DNA of 64,000 nucleotides from Leucoraja ocellata. Taxonomy: Eukaryota. The stretch lies in the NCBI GenBank assembly GCA_036785375.1, contig JAWMAR010000167.1:5208001-5272000 (forward strand), read 5' to 3'. A program made the translations under genes and the position numbers. Shown in pieces: positions 52,541 to 64,000 of this stretch. Below the pieces are notes generated by a model. That model was given only the letters and a program-made list of their open reading frames with translations, had not been told where the DNA came from and made no database searches. Position 1 is the first letter of the stretch. Each line of letters starts with the position of its first letter.

Positions 52541-54819
52541 AACAACAAAACACTCGAACAGTCCTTATTGGATGACGTCCCAGACCCATGTTTCCTCATC
52601 AACCTGTTTTGGTAATATTGTCTGACACCATGGCCACTGGGATATTGGAAAACACTATTAAAAAGATAAATGAACTACATCAGCAGTGCTAACTCAATTT
52701 CAATCTGAGCAACATTCTTTCCCTGGCTCTCTTAAAAAGAACATAGCCACAAGAAGAGATATGTGACACAAATCATGATCATGGCTGATTCTATTCAATG
52801 CCATATTCAAGTTTAGGTTTATTATTGTTGTGTTCACTATGGTACACTGAACGGTTTTGCTTTGTGTGCTTTCTAAAGAGATCGGATAATACTACACTCA
52901 AATACCATCAAGTCAAACTTAAGTATAATAAATATAGCACAAGGGAAGATACAGAATGCAGAATATAGGTCTCAGCATCACACAGAATCAGTTCCATAGA
53001 CAACGTCCAATATCTGGAATGGGGTAGAGGTGAATCAGACAATACCCAAGCTTATGAAAGGACCGTTCAGAAGCCTGATAACAGAGGGGAAGAAGCTGTT
53101 CCTGAGCAGTTTCTCCTCCATTCTACACTAATCTTCAAATGAATTGATTTTTTTAACATACTATCTCTATCTTGAATGTACTTGGTAACAAAATCGACAA
53201 TCCTCTGAGGTCCAGAATTCTGAAGATTCATGGCAATTTTTAAATGAAAGAGACTCTCAGTCCAGTCCAAAATGCTCAGCAGCTTCCATGTCAAAGCCTT
53301 TTAGGAACCCATTCTTTCAAAAAGATATGTTTAGATAGGGGCTTTAACCGTTTGTGGTGCAGAGCAGTTTTCAACCATTTTAAAGTGTAGTCGGCATTGC
53401 ACGATCAAGAATTCCTAAAGTGTGGAGTATCTTGACTCTAACTTCAAGTGGACCATAAATGTGCATTGAGGCTAATCTGCCCAACCTCCAAAGAAATTCA
53501 CAAACAGCTTCTGAACATTAGGAAAATAGAGTGGAACTTGGATGATCAACAAGTCCTTCACCATTTAAACATTGCTGAGCTCATAGATAACGTGGTTTAT
53601 GTTAAGTAATGTTTCCAAAGCAAGGACGTGCCAATAGATCCACAAAGATCCGTCTGTATCTTGATGTACCATGCACTCCAATAATAATGTTTCCAGAATT
53701 CTGAGTTCTTTTCTCTTTTTATTTGTTGATTCATGTTATTTTACTGAATATTGTAAGATTTTCCCACATAGATTGTCACACTTTTACAAAAGTGTGATCT
53801 ACAAAGAGTTTCCAAGAGTTTAATGAGGTCAGACCTCTGGATTTTGCGTCAAAAGCACCAAAATATGGTGAGGTTTTAAATACACTGCTACAGAGACACA
53901 AAATCAACATGCCATTACCATTGATCCTACCAATCTATTTCCCAACAAGTCACAAATGGCTTTTTAAAAAAACTGATTGATGCACTTACTTACCCAAGAC
54001 AAGCAATGCAGCAGAACTGTGTGCCACGCTGCCTTATACAATGCAGCAATTCAGATTTCCAAACAGGGATGAATTAACTCTATGAAGGTTGGGGTGAGGG
54101 GGGGGGGGGTCATTCGATATACAAGGAAAAGGACGTAAATTGTCACCGCCATCAGACCTTTGTTGAACACAGCACTATTTTTTGCAATTACAAAAAAACT
54201 TTGTGAATCTTTCAGAAAAGTGTACACAGGGTTTAATGGAAGATATTAAGGTTTCAAGTGCTTCCGATGCAATGAAACCCATTGCATTCCTAATCAAAAC
54301 TGCAGCACCGGACACTGCAGTTCAAAGTTTCACATTCTTTCAGCTTTCAAAAGAGTTTCATCCAAATGAAAGACGTTCGCTCTGCGGTTCAAGACCAAGG
54401 TCACCGAAACAGCTGAGCTCCTTCCCTCCACAAAGATGCACTCTGTCATAACAGCAGGTACAGAATCTTGTGGCACCTCATCTCAATCATTCCAGCCTCC
54501 AGCATTTATTTTAATAGTATTTTTGCCAAAAAGCTCGATAAATGCACATTTTTGATACAATTTATCTCAGCAAAGCTGTACCATACAATAAAAGGGTCTT
54601 TCTGAGATGGAAGATGAAAACTCTATGCAAAAATAAAAATTGGCAGAGAACAATGGAAGAGAACATTTAATTCATTCAAGATCAACTGCAGCAATCAAGA
54701 TAAGCCAAAAAATTATCTTAATGTATTTGGAATTAAAGAGGGAGATGTGCACTGTCAACATTGTTGTTAATACGATAGCCTGGACGTCAGATCAGACCCA
54801 TTTCCACTTGTTGTCTCCT

Positions 54820-55105
54820 AGTTTTAGATTTAGAGATACAACATTGAAAGAAGCCCTTCGGCTTCGGCCCACCGAGGCCACACCGACCTATCCGTACACT
54901 AGTTCTATTCTACACACTAGGGAGAATTTATAGAAGCCAATTAACCTACAAACTTGGACGTCTTTGGAATGTGAGAGTATATCGGAGCACCTGGAGAAAA
55001 CCCACGCGGTCACAGGGAGGTTGAGCAAACTCCGTACAGCACCCATAATCAGGATCACACCCGGATCTCTGGGGCTGTACAGCAGTAACTCTACTGCTGC
55101 GCCAT
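54820..55105 (-). mobile_element. tRNA-derived SINE
   Basis: Reverse complement of the SINE consensus. Confidence 0.78.
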
Positions 55106-56924
55106 CCACCAAGATCTCTTTTATCTTTAACTTAACTCTCCGGGCTTCCAGTCTTTTATACTCATGTCTGTTATCCTTCTCTAGTGGTCTCCTGTTTCCT
55201 GGCCATGCTTTGAATCGCTTTAAAACACCCTGCCCTCTGGAGATATTAGGCCAACTTATACTGGGAGTTGTGATTTCTCCCCACTCCTTTCAGCCCATCA
55301 GAGTATCAATGTCAAACAGCTTGGGAGCCTAAAGAACGGTTAGAAAGAGGTACACATGGTATCTCACAGTGTGTCTGAAATTTATATTCAATGGATACAA
55401 TTAACAGGAAGTCGCAAGAGCATGAAGGCAAAAAGATATTATTATTATTATTATTATTATTTAAAGGATCACATTAAAGGAATGAGCTGAAGATGGTTGA
55501 TCCATTCTATCCTGTTGACTCTTTGTAACATAGCCTCAGGCGACTGAAGCCGCTAGGCAGTGTGTTTATCTTGTCACCTTAAGGTAAAGAGTGAACATAA
55601 TGAAAACAAGCTTGTGGTCTGCGGTGCACTAACATGCAGGGGGATTTGTTTGTTGAGTTGAACCCTATCTCACAAGAATCGGTATATGTTTTCAGGCAGA
55701 TAGTGCCCAACAGCAAACTTGTTCTTTTCTTTTCCATTGTTCCAAATCCTTTATAATTTTTCCTTAAGTTCTTCCTATCCAATTCCCTTGAACACTAGGA
55801 GCAAACATTCTCTACAGTCTTCATCAACTTCCTGGAAGTCCCCAGAAGGAGAGCCTGTGCCTCAATTTCTGCACACCCTTTACCCTAGGGTTAAGCACAA
55901 CCAAGTAAAACCTTTAAATATTCCTTTAACTCGATAAAACTGAACCTGGAAGAAAAATATATCAGTATAGTTTAGGTCTGGAGGCAGGACTCCAACCAGT
56001 CTCTTGTACTTCAAGTATTGCGTGGTCCTGGCCATGAGAAAAAAACTTTTGCTTGGCTAAAGAATGGATCACTACTCTAAAAAGGACCAGTAGTGATTTG
56101 AGAAACTTGGCATTCTCATCTTGAAAATATGGGAAAAGGAAACATCAAACCAGCAAAACAGCTTAACAGAAATTCTACGGGAATTATCAAGAGAGTATAT
56201 TGAAAGCTTTCTAATTTTGAAATACACAAGTTAAAACTTGCTGTCGGCTTGTTGCAACATGAATAAATTATTATCGAATGTGATCAGCTTTGCGATATTC
56301 CGAGTCAAGCTATACACCAACTATAATTTCTTATCCCCTTCCTATGCAAAGCTTCTTAGTAAAGCAAATTCCCATTCGATAGCCATGATTAAATCTGTCT
56401 TCGCTATAAGCTTGCATTCCACTGTGTAAACATACTCACTGTGTGAACCAGAGATCATCTCCACTCTATGATCTTTGGTGTAAACAATACTGCATCATAT
56501 AATCTTTTTTTTGTCAATTACCATTCTATGCCCTCTGGCTCTTGGCTCCATCAGCAGTGGAAGCAATTTCCCTCCCTTCAAAGCTTTTCATGATTTTAAA
56601 TAACTGCATCCAGATCAACCTCTTCCTTTCCAAAGAGTAACAACTTCTTCTCCATTCTACCCATGTTGGTTCAGACCATCAGTCCTAGAATCATTATAAT
56701 AAATCTCTTGCATTTCTTAGGGTCGTAATATATTCAACAAAGTTGATTGCTACGCTCCAATTATGCTAGGAATAGTACTTTATCAAAAAAGTTCATCACA
56801 ACGTTCTTCCTCCTATATTTTAAGTCTCTTTATAAAGCCCATTTCAGACATTTTTTTAAGATGTATTTCTTAATTTGTTCTATCACTTCCATTAGGTTGT
56901 ACTCAAATATTCCCAGATTTAATA

Positions 56925-57055
56925 AAAAGGAACTGCAGATGATGGTTTATACCAAAGATAGACATAAAATGCTGGAGTAACTCAGCAGGTTAGGCAGCAT
57001 CTCTGGAGAAAATGAATAGGTGATGTTTCGGATCAGGACTCTTCTTCAGACTGAT
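56925..57055. mobile_element. Penelope-derived repeat fragment
   Basis: aaggaactgcagatgatgg...tgctggagtaactcagcagg...cttcttcagactg. Confidence 0.65.
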
Positions 57056-57545
57056 TGGTGTGGGACTGGAAGTAAGAAAAGATCAGGACTGGCAAAACAG
57101 ATTACTTTAGGCAGGTGGTTCCCTGAGAAGCCAATTGATGGTGAGGGATGGTGTAATCCCAAGAGGGATATATCGTTGTGAACTGTGGCACTGGTTAACC
57201 AACTTTTACTTCTCCTGGTTGCTCACCATTTCATCTCCCCTTCCCATACTGACCCTTCTGTCTGACCTGCAAAGGGATCCTGGGTTTAAAAAACAGAGAC
57301 AGACCACAAACATTGAGAAGTTATAATGAACTATTAAAAAGCACTGTTTTGTCAACAGCTGGAATGATTTTGTTATTTCTATATTTCCTTCCAATGGAGG
57401 AGGAGGACAATTGGTTCATCGGCACTATTTCAGCACTCAGGGTAATCATGTCCGTCGATTCCACATTTATTTCCCTGCAACCTATCACTCCTTGGTGCAG
57501 AGAAGTTTGAAAGAGGTGCTGAAAATAATGAAGAATCTAGGCAGA

Positions 57546-57826
57546 GAAACATAGAAATTAGGTGCAGGAGTAGGCCATTCGGCCCTTCAAGCCTGCACCG
57601 CCATTCAATATGATCATGGTTGATCATCCAACTCAGTATCCCGTACCTGCCTTCTCTCCATACCCTCTGATCCCCTTAGCCACAAGGGCCACATCTAACT
57701 CCCTCTTAAATATAGCCAATGAACTGGCCTTGACTACCCTCTGTGTCAGAGAGTTCCAGAGATTCACCACTCTCTGTGTGAAAAAAGTTCTTCTCATCTC
57801 GGTTTTAAAGGATTTCCCCCTTATCC
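57546..57826 (-). mobile_element. CR1-like LINE 3' end
   Basis: RIRGKSFKTEMRRTFFTQRVVNLWNSLTQRVVKASSLAIFKRELD plus the conserved 3'UTR. Related fragments at ~12765-13100, 16810-17140, 33783-33940, 51140-51462, 61255-61560. Confidence 0.88.
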
Positions 57827-58814
57827 TTTTGGTACAGAGAAATTTGGTACAGAGAAAAATTTCCAAATAGATGAGGAATATCAAGAACCAGAGTCAATAG
57901 CTGTAAAGCAATTGACAGCAGAACCAAACAACAGTACAAATTAAAACTCTTCATTTCTACAGCATGTGATTAGCATCAGGTGTACATTGCCCGACGGGGT
58001 ATGCAGGCAGATTCATTTATAGATTCCAAAAGGAAGTTGGATCACTATTCAAAAATAATTGCAGGGCTATGGATAAAGGGCAAGAGATTCAAAACAATTG
58101 CATTATTCTAGCAGGAACTCAAGAGGCAGTGTGCTTTGCTGTTCATTCCAAGTTCTGCAAAACTAAAACATGACGAAAAACAATGGTTTATTCTGCTCGC
58201 TGTAACTCTAACCAATCATAAGGGCTTTTGTGCACACTATTGTTTTTATTTGTTTTTCTGTAATTACCAAGCCCCGTATTTCATTATAGCAAACTGGACA
58301 TGGTACAACTAGCAACAGGATGTAATTGAGGCATGGAAACAAAGCATATTGCATCAGAAGAGAACTCCAATGAGTACATTTTAGGGCACTTTTAAAGGGC
58401 TTGCAAGAAGAAATGCAAATACAATTTTAAAACTTTTCATTGCACCTCGGTACATGCGACAATAAACTAAACTAAACTAAGAGAGGTCAAAGCGGTCGGC
58501 TAATAGTCACTAATAAAACAGAAGAGGAAATTTACAAGATTTTTTTTCACAGATTAGCAAGATTGTGTAACTCTGACAGCACTGGTTGAGATGAATAACA
58601 TTTTAACGTGGGGGGGGGGGGGAGCAATTGATGGACAATTTGACCAAGGGGGTCAACATTGGGATGGACTGATTATGAGTTAAGATCAGGACATGAGCAC
58701 AGATCTTGTGATTATGGTGTTGGGAGATAGTAATGGAGAACAGATGAGAAATAAAAGATCTGGACAAGAGTAAGGTCTGGAGGGTGCAAGTTTGGTGTGG
58801 AGAGGACATGAGAG

Positions 58815-59185
58815 ATGCAGGAAGGAACAGCAGATGCAGGTTTACACTGAAGATAGACACAAAATGTAGGAATTACAGCGGATCAGGCTCAATCTTTGGA
58901 GAGAAGGAATGGGTGACGTTTCGAGTCGAGACCCTTCTTCGGACTGATAGTCAGGGTAGAGGGAGACTATTTCGTTGTCTCTGTACTGTACACTGACAAT
59001 GACAATTAAAATTGAATCTGAATCGGAATCTGATATATGGAAAGAAGAAAATGTGAAAACAACAATTTGAAGAAGGGTCTCGACCCGAAAAGTCACCCAC
59101 TACTTCTCTCCACAGATGCTGCCTGCCCCGCTGAGTTACTCCAACACTCTGAGTCTTGCTTCGGTGTAAACCAGCATCTGCAGTC
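58815..59185. mobile_element. Penelope-derived inverted arms flanking an internal spacer
   Basis: Forward arm 58815-58950 and reverse arm 59068-59185. Confidence 0.65.
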
Positions 59186-59379
59186 CCCTCCCCCTCCCCC
59201 TCCCCTACACAGATCAAAGCGGACGATGAAGACGGAAATGTAGAATATTTGGTTCAGTGTTGGCTGTGGTGAAGGTGACAACGCGGCAAAACAAACGGTG
59301 AAATGAATCAGGAGGACAGTGAAACTGGTCGTAGCTGATGGGACAAGGGGTGGGGGGGAGGGTGCACTGCACTGCACCC

Positions 59380-59720
59380 ATCCACTTCACCCGGACGGGA
59401 GCCAAGAGGAAGAGCCTCTACACCCGGACTCCTCTACTCACCCGTCAGTGGTTTCTCGGGAGACGCCGAGCTCCTTCCGCAGCGCCAGCGATGCCCTGAG
59501 AGCGGCGGATGCATTAGTTCGGCGGGCCGGAAGTTGACACGGAAGCGGGAGAGGGGGGTGGAGGTTGGTCATGGACCGCACACGCCGTCGCTTAGCAACC
59601 GCGGCCCGGGGGGGACCTGCTCCTTCCCAGCGTGGGTGCTGCTGCTGCTGCTGCTGCTGGGCCATGGATCAGAGCAAATGGTGGCAACGCCTCGCCTCGC
59701 CGGGAGATGCAGATAAGAGT
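59380..59720 (-). promoter_or_regulatory. CSGALNACT2: CpG-rich promoter / probable non-coding exon 1 of CSGALNACT2 (donor after 59442)
   Basis: Densest non-coding, non-repeat CpG/GC patch in the window. Canonical donor GACGG|gtgagt on the minus strand at 59442/59441. ETS-like CGGAAG at ~59540. Correct orientation, upstream of the coding exons. Confidence 0.65.
59639..59659. repeat. (CTG)7/(CAG)7 trinucleotide repeat in the CpG-rich promoter
   Basis: Seven consecutive CTG units read directly. Confidence 0.9.
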
Positions 59721-59825
59721 TGGTCTTGGCATCATGTTTGGCACAAATGTTGTGGGTTGAAGGGCCTCCTCCTATGCTATACCGTTCTATGTCACGGCGG
59801 CGCAGCGGTAGAGATGCTGCCTTAA

Positions 59826-60269
59826 TGCCCCTGTCCCACTTAGGAAACTTTGCGCCCCACCCAAGGTTTCCGTGCGGTTCCCGGAGGTTTTTGTCAGTCT
59901 CCCTACCTGCTTCCACTACCCGCAACCTCCTGCAACCTCCAGGAACCACCTGCAACCTCCGGCAACCTCCAGGAACCACCTGCAACCTCCAGGAACCACC
60001 GGCAACCTCCAGGAACCACCTGCAACCTCCGGCAACTTCCTGGAACCACCTGCAACCTCCGGTAACCTCCTGCAACATCCAGGAACCACCTGCAACCTCC
60101 GGCAACTTCCAGGAACCACCTGCAACCTCCGGCAACCTCCTGCAACATCCAGGAACCACCTGCAACCTCCGGCAACCACCTGCCACCTCCGGGAACCGCA
60201 CGGAAACCTTGGGTGGGGCGCAAAGTCTCCAGAGGTTTCCGTTCAGGTTTCCTAAGTGGGACAGGGGCA
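59826..60269. mobile_element. PIF/Harbinger-like MITE (same family as 27-242) with an internal minisatellite
   Basis: Same TIRs, TAA target duplication (59823-59825 / 60270-60272); inserted inside a SINE. Confidence 0.8.
59921..60190. repeat. 10-bp-unit minisatellite (27 units: tgcaacctcc / ggcaacctcc / aggaaccacc variants)
   Basis: Units align exactly with the 10-nt blocks of the listing. Confidence 0.92.
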
Positions 60270-60497
60270 TAACAGCAAAAGCGGTCGGCTATTAGTCACT
60301 AATCAAACAGAAGAGGAAATTTACAAGATTTTTTTTTCACAGATGGGCGAGATTGTGTAATTCTGACAGCACTGGTTGAGATGAATAACATTTTAACGGA
60401 TTGTGCAGCGCCAGGGACCCGGGTGTATGGAGTTTGTACATTCTCCTCGTGATCTGCGTGGGTTTTCTTGGTTTCTTGGTCCTCCAAAATATTCCAA

Positions 60498-60830
60498 ATG
60501 GAATTTAAACTAAAGGTGGAGGTGGTGGAGGGAAAACATAAGCCAGAAAGGGTTTTTGGGAAGAAAGAGCTACCTTAAATTTAGTTGCATCTGGTTGGGT
60601 AACTATGGTAGGGTGAAGAAAATGGAATTTTAACTGGAGGTGGTGGAGGGAGGACTTAAGCCAGAAAGGGTTTTTTGGGAAGAAAGAGCTACCTTAATTG
60701 TGTTGCATCTGGTTGGGTAACTATAGTAGGGTGAAGATTATTCCATGCTTTAATTGTGCGGGGGAAGAACGAATTGCTGTACACATCTGTCTTGGTTTTT
60801 AAATGTAAGATTGTCCAAATTTGCGATATG
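60498..60830 (-). mobile_element. LINE 3' end (YSNSFFPRTIKAWNNL motif) with a tandemly duplicated ~120-bp tail
   Basis: TKTDVYSNSFFPRTIKAWNNLHPTIV on the minus strand; 60498-60619 repeated at 60621-60738. Confidence 0.65.
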
Positions 60831-60871
60831 CAGAGATGCCGACTACAAAATTCAGGAGGTTCTATGTGAGA

Positions 60872-61000
60872 GGTGTAGGAAGGAACTGCAGATGCTGGTT
60901 TACTGAAGATAGACACAAAATGCTGGAGTAACTCAGCGGGACAGACAGCATCTCTGGAGAGAAGGAATGGGTGACGTTTCGCGTCGAGACCCTTCTTCAG
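60872..61000. mobile_element. Penelope-derived repeat fragment
   Basis: Family consensus gtaggaaggaactgcagatgctgg...gacgtttcgcgtcgagacccttcttcag. Confidence 0.7.
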
Positions 61001-61884
61001 AAGTTCTGTGGTGCAGCTTTCATTGTATCCAATCCCCATTAAGAAAACCTTTGTGTGGCCTGAAGCTATTTCCTGATTTTAAATTATTTCATTCTTTCCA
61101 AATTTTCTATATCACCAAACACGTTATATAATCAAATCATTTCCAGATTTCTGCAAGTGACCGTTACCATTGTGACATTAGGTGATTTTGATGTTGGAAT
61201 CACCGGCAAATCTCCCATTGCAGATCTCACACCAAAGCAGAGGGAATTACAAATTAACATACAGATTGGAAACAGCCTCTTCGGCCTGACTAGTCCATGC
61301 TGACCAAGGTGCCTCATCTAAGTCCCATTTGCCCACATTTGGCCAATATCCCTATAAACCTTTCATATCCATGTATCTGTCCGAGTCTTGTAAATGCTGT
61401 TATAGTACCTGCCTCAACCACCTCCTCTGCAAGCTTGTTCCATATATCCACCACCCTCAGTGAAAATATTGTCCCTCAGGTTCATAATAAATCTGGTCCC
61501 TCTCACCTTACATTTATATCATATGGTTTTTGATTCCCATACCTTGGGTAAATGTATTTGTGCATTCATCCCCGCTTATTGTAACATTCACATTCCAAGA
61601 ATGTATTAAAGGGCTTATTAAAAAGTTTATCTTCTGGCCTATGTTAGTCCTCCTTATGTAAGCAGATACAACCTTATCTGTTTCTATGATAGTGACTGGG
61701 TATCCCCAATCCATTTTGTATAGTATTGATGTAAACTCTGCAATCAACAGATCCCTCAGAGATATGAGAAATAGTGGATTGTGTGTGAGAAAAATGTTCT
61801 TCTGATTTTGGCATATCCAAAAATTGAACCATGTGAAATGTATTCCTTTGGGAAGAATTCCACCCATTGCCAATTCTAAAACTG

Positions 61885-62490
61885 GACAGAAGAACACAAA
61901 TGCCTCTACTTTCTTAGAAGGCCTAGGAAGTTCGGCATGTTCCCAACAACCCTCACCAACTTCTACAGATGAGCTGCTGAAAGCATTTTATTGGGATACA
62001 ATATAGTTTGGTCTGGGAACAGCTCCATGCAGGACTACAAGAAATTGCAGGGAGTTGTGGATGTAGCCCAGACCATCACGCAAACCAACGTTGACTCCAT
62101 CTACACCTCACAGTGCCTCAACAAGTCCACCAGAATAATCAAGGATGAATCTCAGCCTGGTCACTGCCTCTTCTCCCCTCAAGCAAGATACAGAAGTTTG
62201 AAAACACATACCTCCAGATTCAGGAACAGTTTCATTCTAGCTGTTAGAAAGCAACTGAACAACCCTCTCATCAGCTGGAGTGCAGTCCTGACCTACCATC
62301 TACTTAATTGGAAACCTGTGAACTATTTTTAATCCAACTTTATCTTGCACTAAATGTTGTACCCTGAATTCTTTACCTATGTATAGTGGACAACTTGATT
62401 GGAACATGTATAGTCTTTTATTTCACTGGATACCACGCAAGCAAAAGCTTTTCATGAACCACGGTACACGAGACAATAATAAACTAAACC
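61885..62490 (+). mobile_element. Decayed Rex1/Babar-like LINE 3' end
   Basis: IVWSGNSSMQDYKKLQGVVDVAQTITQT...IIKDESQPGHCLFS...RYRSLKTHTSRFRNSF, then tail acaataataaactaaac. Confidence 0.72.
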
Positions 62491-64000
62491 AAAAGAAGGC
62501 ATAAGCTGATCTGAGAGAAGAGAGTTGGGACAGCTGAAGAGATAAAGAAAATAGTTTTTAAAATCTTTAAAAACCTGGAAGTAATCATTATTTGACCTCC
62601 ATGTCCGTTGGGTAATGGGTATATTTTACTTGCTGCAGTTTCAGATGTTGTGCTACCTGGTTGCCATAAAAGCCAACCAAACTGTGTGTTTGCCCCGGCA
62701 TTCCAGTTTGCGATGAAAACTTATAACAAATTCAACTTTATTCAGACAATCTACCAAGAAAACAGAATATAATTCAATGTCTCTTCACAGATGCTTCCTG
62801 ACCTGCTAAATTCATCCAGTAGTTTGTTTTATGCTCCAGCCTCCAGCATCTGCAGTCTCTTGTGTCAGTTATGGCTCATTAGATTGAGTTTTCACATTTC
62901 CAGCTTAGTTTGTTTTCATCTATAATTTCTTTTGATTTCACACATTTATTGGTTCTCTGTAATTAACTGGCCTTCAATGCACCCTTGCACCTGGCTCCAC
63001 ACTCCTTTTGGTATTTAATCTTCCCTGCTGTCCGCAATCACACACCTTCCCCTTTGTTCTTCCTTCTCCACCCTTCCTTTGTCTGCATGTTAATACTTGT
63101 TTTCCATATCTTTGCCAAGTTACCTTGTCCTCGCCACATGTTCAGCCTGTCGAGGTGAGTGTATCTAGCATTTTTTGTTCTACTTCAGATTTCCAACATC
63201 TGCAGATTTGCTTCTGGACAATAGTGAATGAAATAAGTTTAAGTAACATGCCAGTAAACTAAACTAATGAAATGGTTGATGATACATTAATCATTGATGA
63301 CCGTACACCGATAAGATCGTTACTTACTGAGTGTATCTTCCTAATTCCCAGTGTTTCCTGTTCAAACTCTCTATTATAAAATTAATCTTCAGAAATCCAC
63401 TAGAAAATCATGAAATGACCAGAAGCTGTATTTTTTAAATTCTTATATAGTCAGGGTTATAGTCTCCTTTTGGAGACACAAGAGCTGCAAATGCTGGAAT
63501 CTGAAACAATATACCAAACTGCGGAGGAACTGAGGAGGGTCAGGCAGCATCTGTGGAGGGGAATGAGCAGTCAACATTTTAGGTTCACAGGAAGCCAAAA
63601 TGTCAACTGTTTATTTCCTGCCACAGATGCTGCCTGATCTGCTGAGTACCACCAGCAGTTTATTATTTGTTATAGTCTTCTTTCTCCTGGTTCTGGTTAG
63701 ACTAATGTCAAATGTTTGCAGGCTATGCAGTCAATCAGACTTTGCCCTATTCTTACCTTTTCTCTATTCCATTACGTTACACACTAATTAGTGCTATATA
63801 CAACAGTACTGATAACTAATATGCTTACAGACCAGGTCCATCAAAATACATTGTGATTAAATATTCCAGTCTACAGGAATCCGACCCAACTTAATTCTAG
63901 AAGCACCCCTTTTAAAACAACAAATCTTGGTTAGCCAGTTCATTATCAGTGTACATTTTGTACATTGGAAAGAAATTGGTCTGCAATATTGAGAGGGAAG

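Larger units (their letters stand above)
59793..60485 (+). mobile_element. tRNA-derived SINE interrupted by a MITE and a templated insertion
   Basis: Head cggcggcgcagcggtagagatgctgcct before the MITE; resumes at ~60406 as cagcgccagggacccggg...ggagtttgtacattctcc. Confidence 0.65.

Noticed and set aside
59921-60190. Regular array resembling CRISPR
   Set aside because: Contiguous 10-bp units without unique spacers, no cas genes, vertebrate DNA.
59569-60295. Long repetitive ORFs (233 aa, 191 aa and others)
   Set aside because: Arise from the stop-free 10-bp minisatellite inside a MITE.

Overview
Vertebrate genomic DNA, most likely from a cartilaginous fish (skate/ray inferred from the HE1/V-SINE-like, CR1-like and Penelope-derived repeats; not prokaryotic, no CRISPR). 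The main gene is CSGALNACT2 (chondroitin sulfate N-acetylgalactosaminyltransferase 2) on the minus strand. Seven GT-AG coding exons (41686 to 26762) splice to a 1647-nt CDS (548 aa), with a probable non-coding first exon in a CpG-rich promoter at about 59.4-59.7 kb. On the plus strand is a complete secreted phospholipase A2 with an intronless CDS (8069-8626), group X-type 16-Cys pattern and an intact His/Asp site. The rest is repeat-rich: tRNA-derived SINEs, CR1/L2/Rex1 LINE ends, hAT and PIF/Harbinger-like MITEs, and more than 20 copies of a short fold-back retroelement. Several copies have 10-16 bp target-site duplications and carry a minimal hammerhead-ribozyme core typical of Penelope-like elements. 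Lower-confidence signals are a decayed C-type-lectin-like region (~20.9-21.5 kb), a polyadenylation site of an upstream plus-strand gene (~4.3 kb), and a nested SINE/MITE/minisatellite/templated-insertion structure beside the CSGALNACT2 promoter. Repeat boundaries were read by eye and are approximate; no searches or folding were run.
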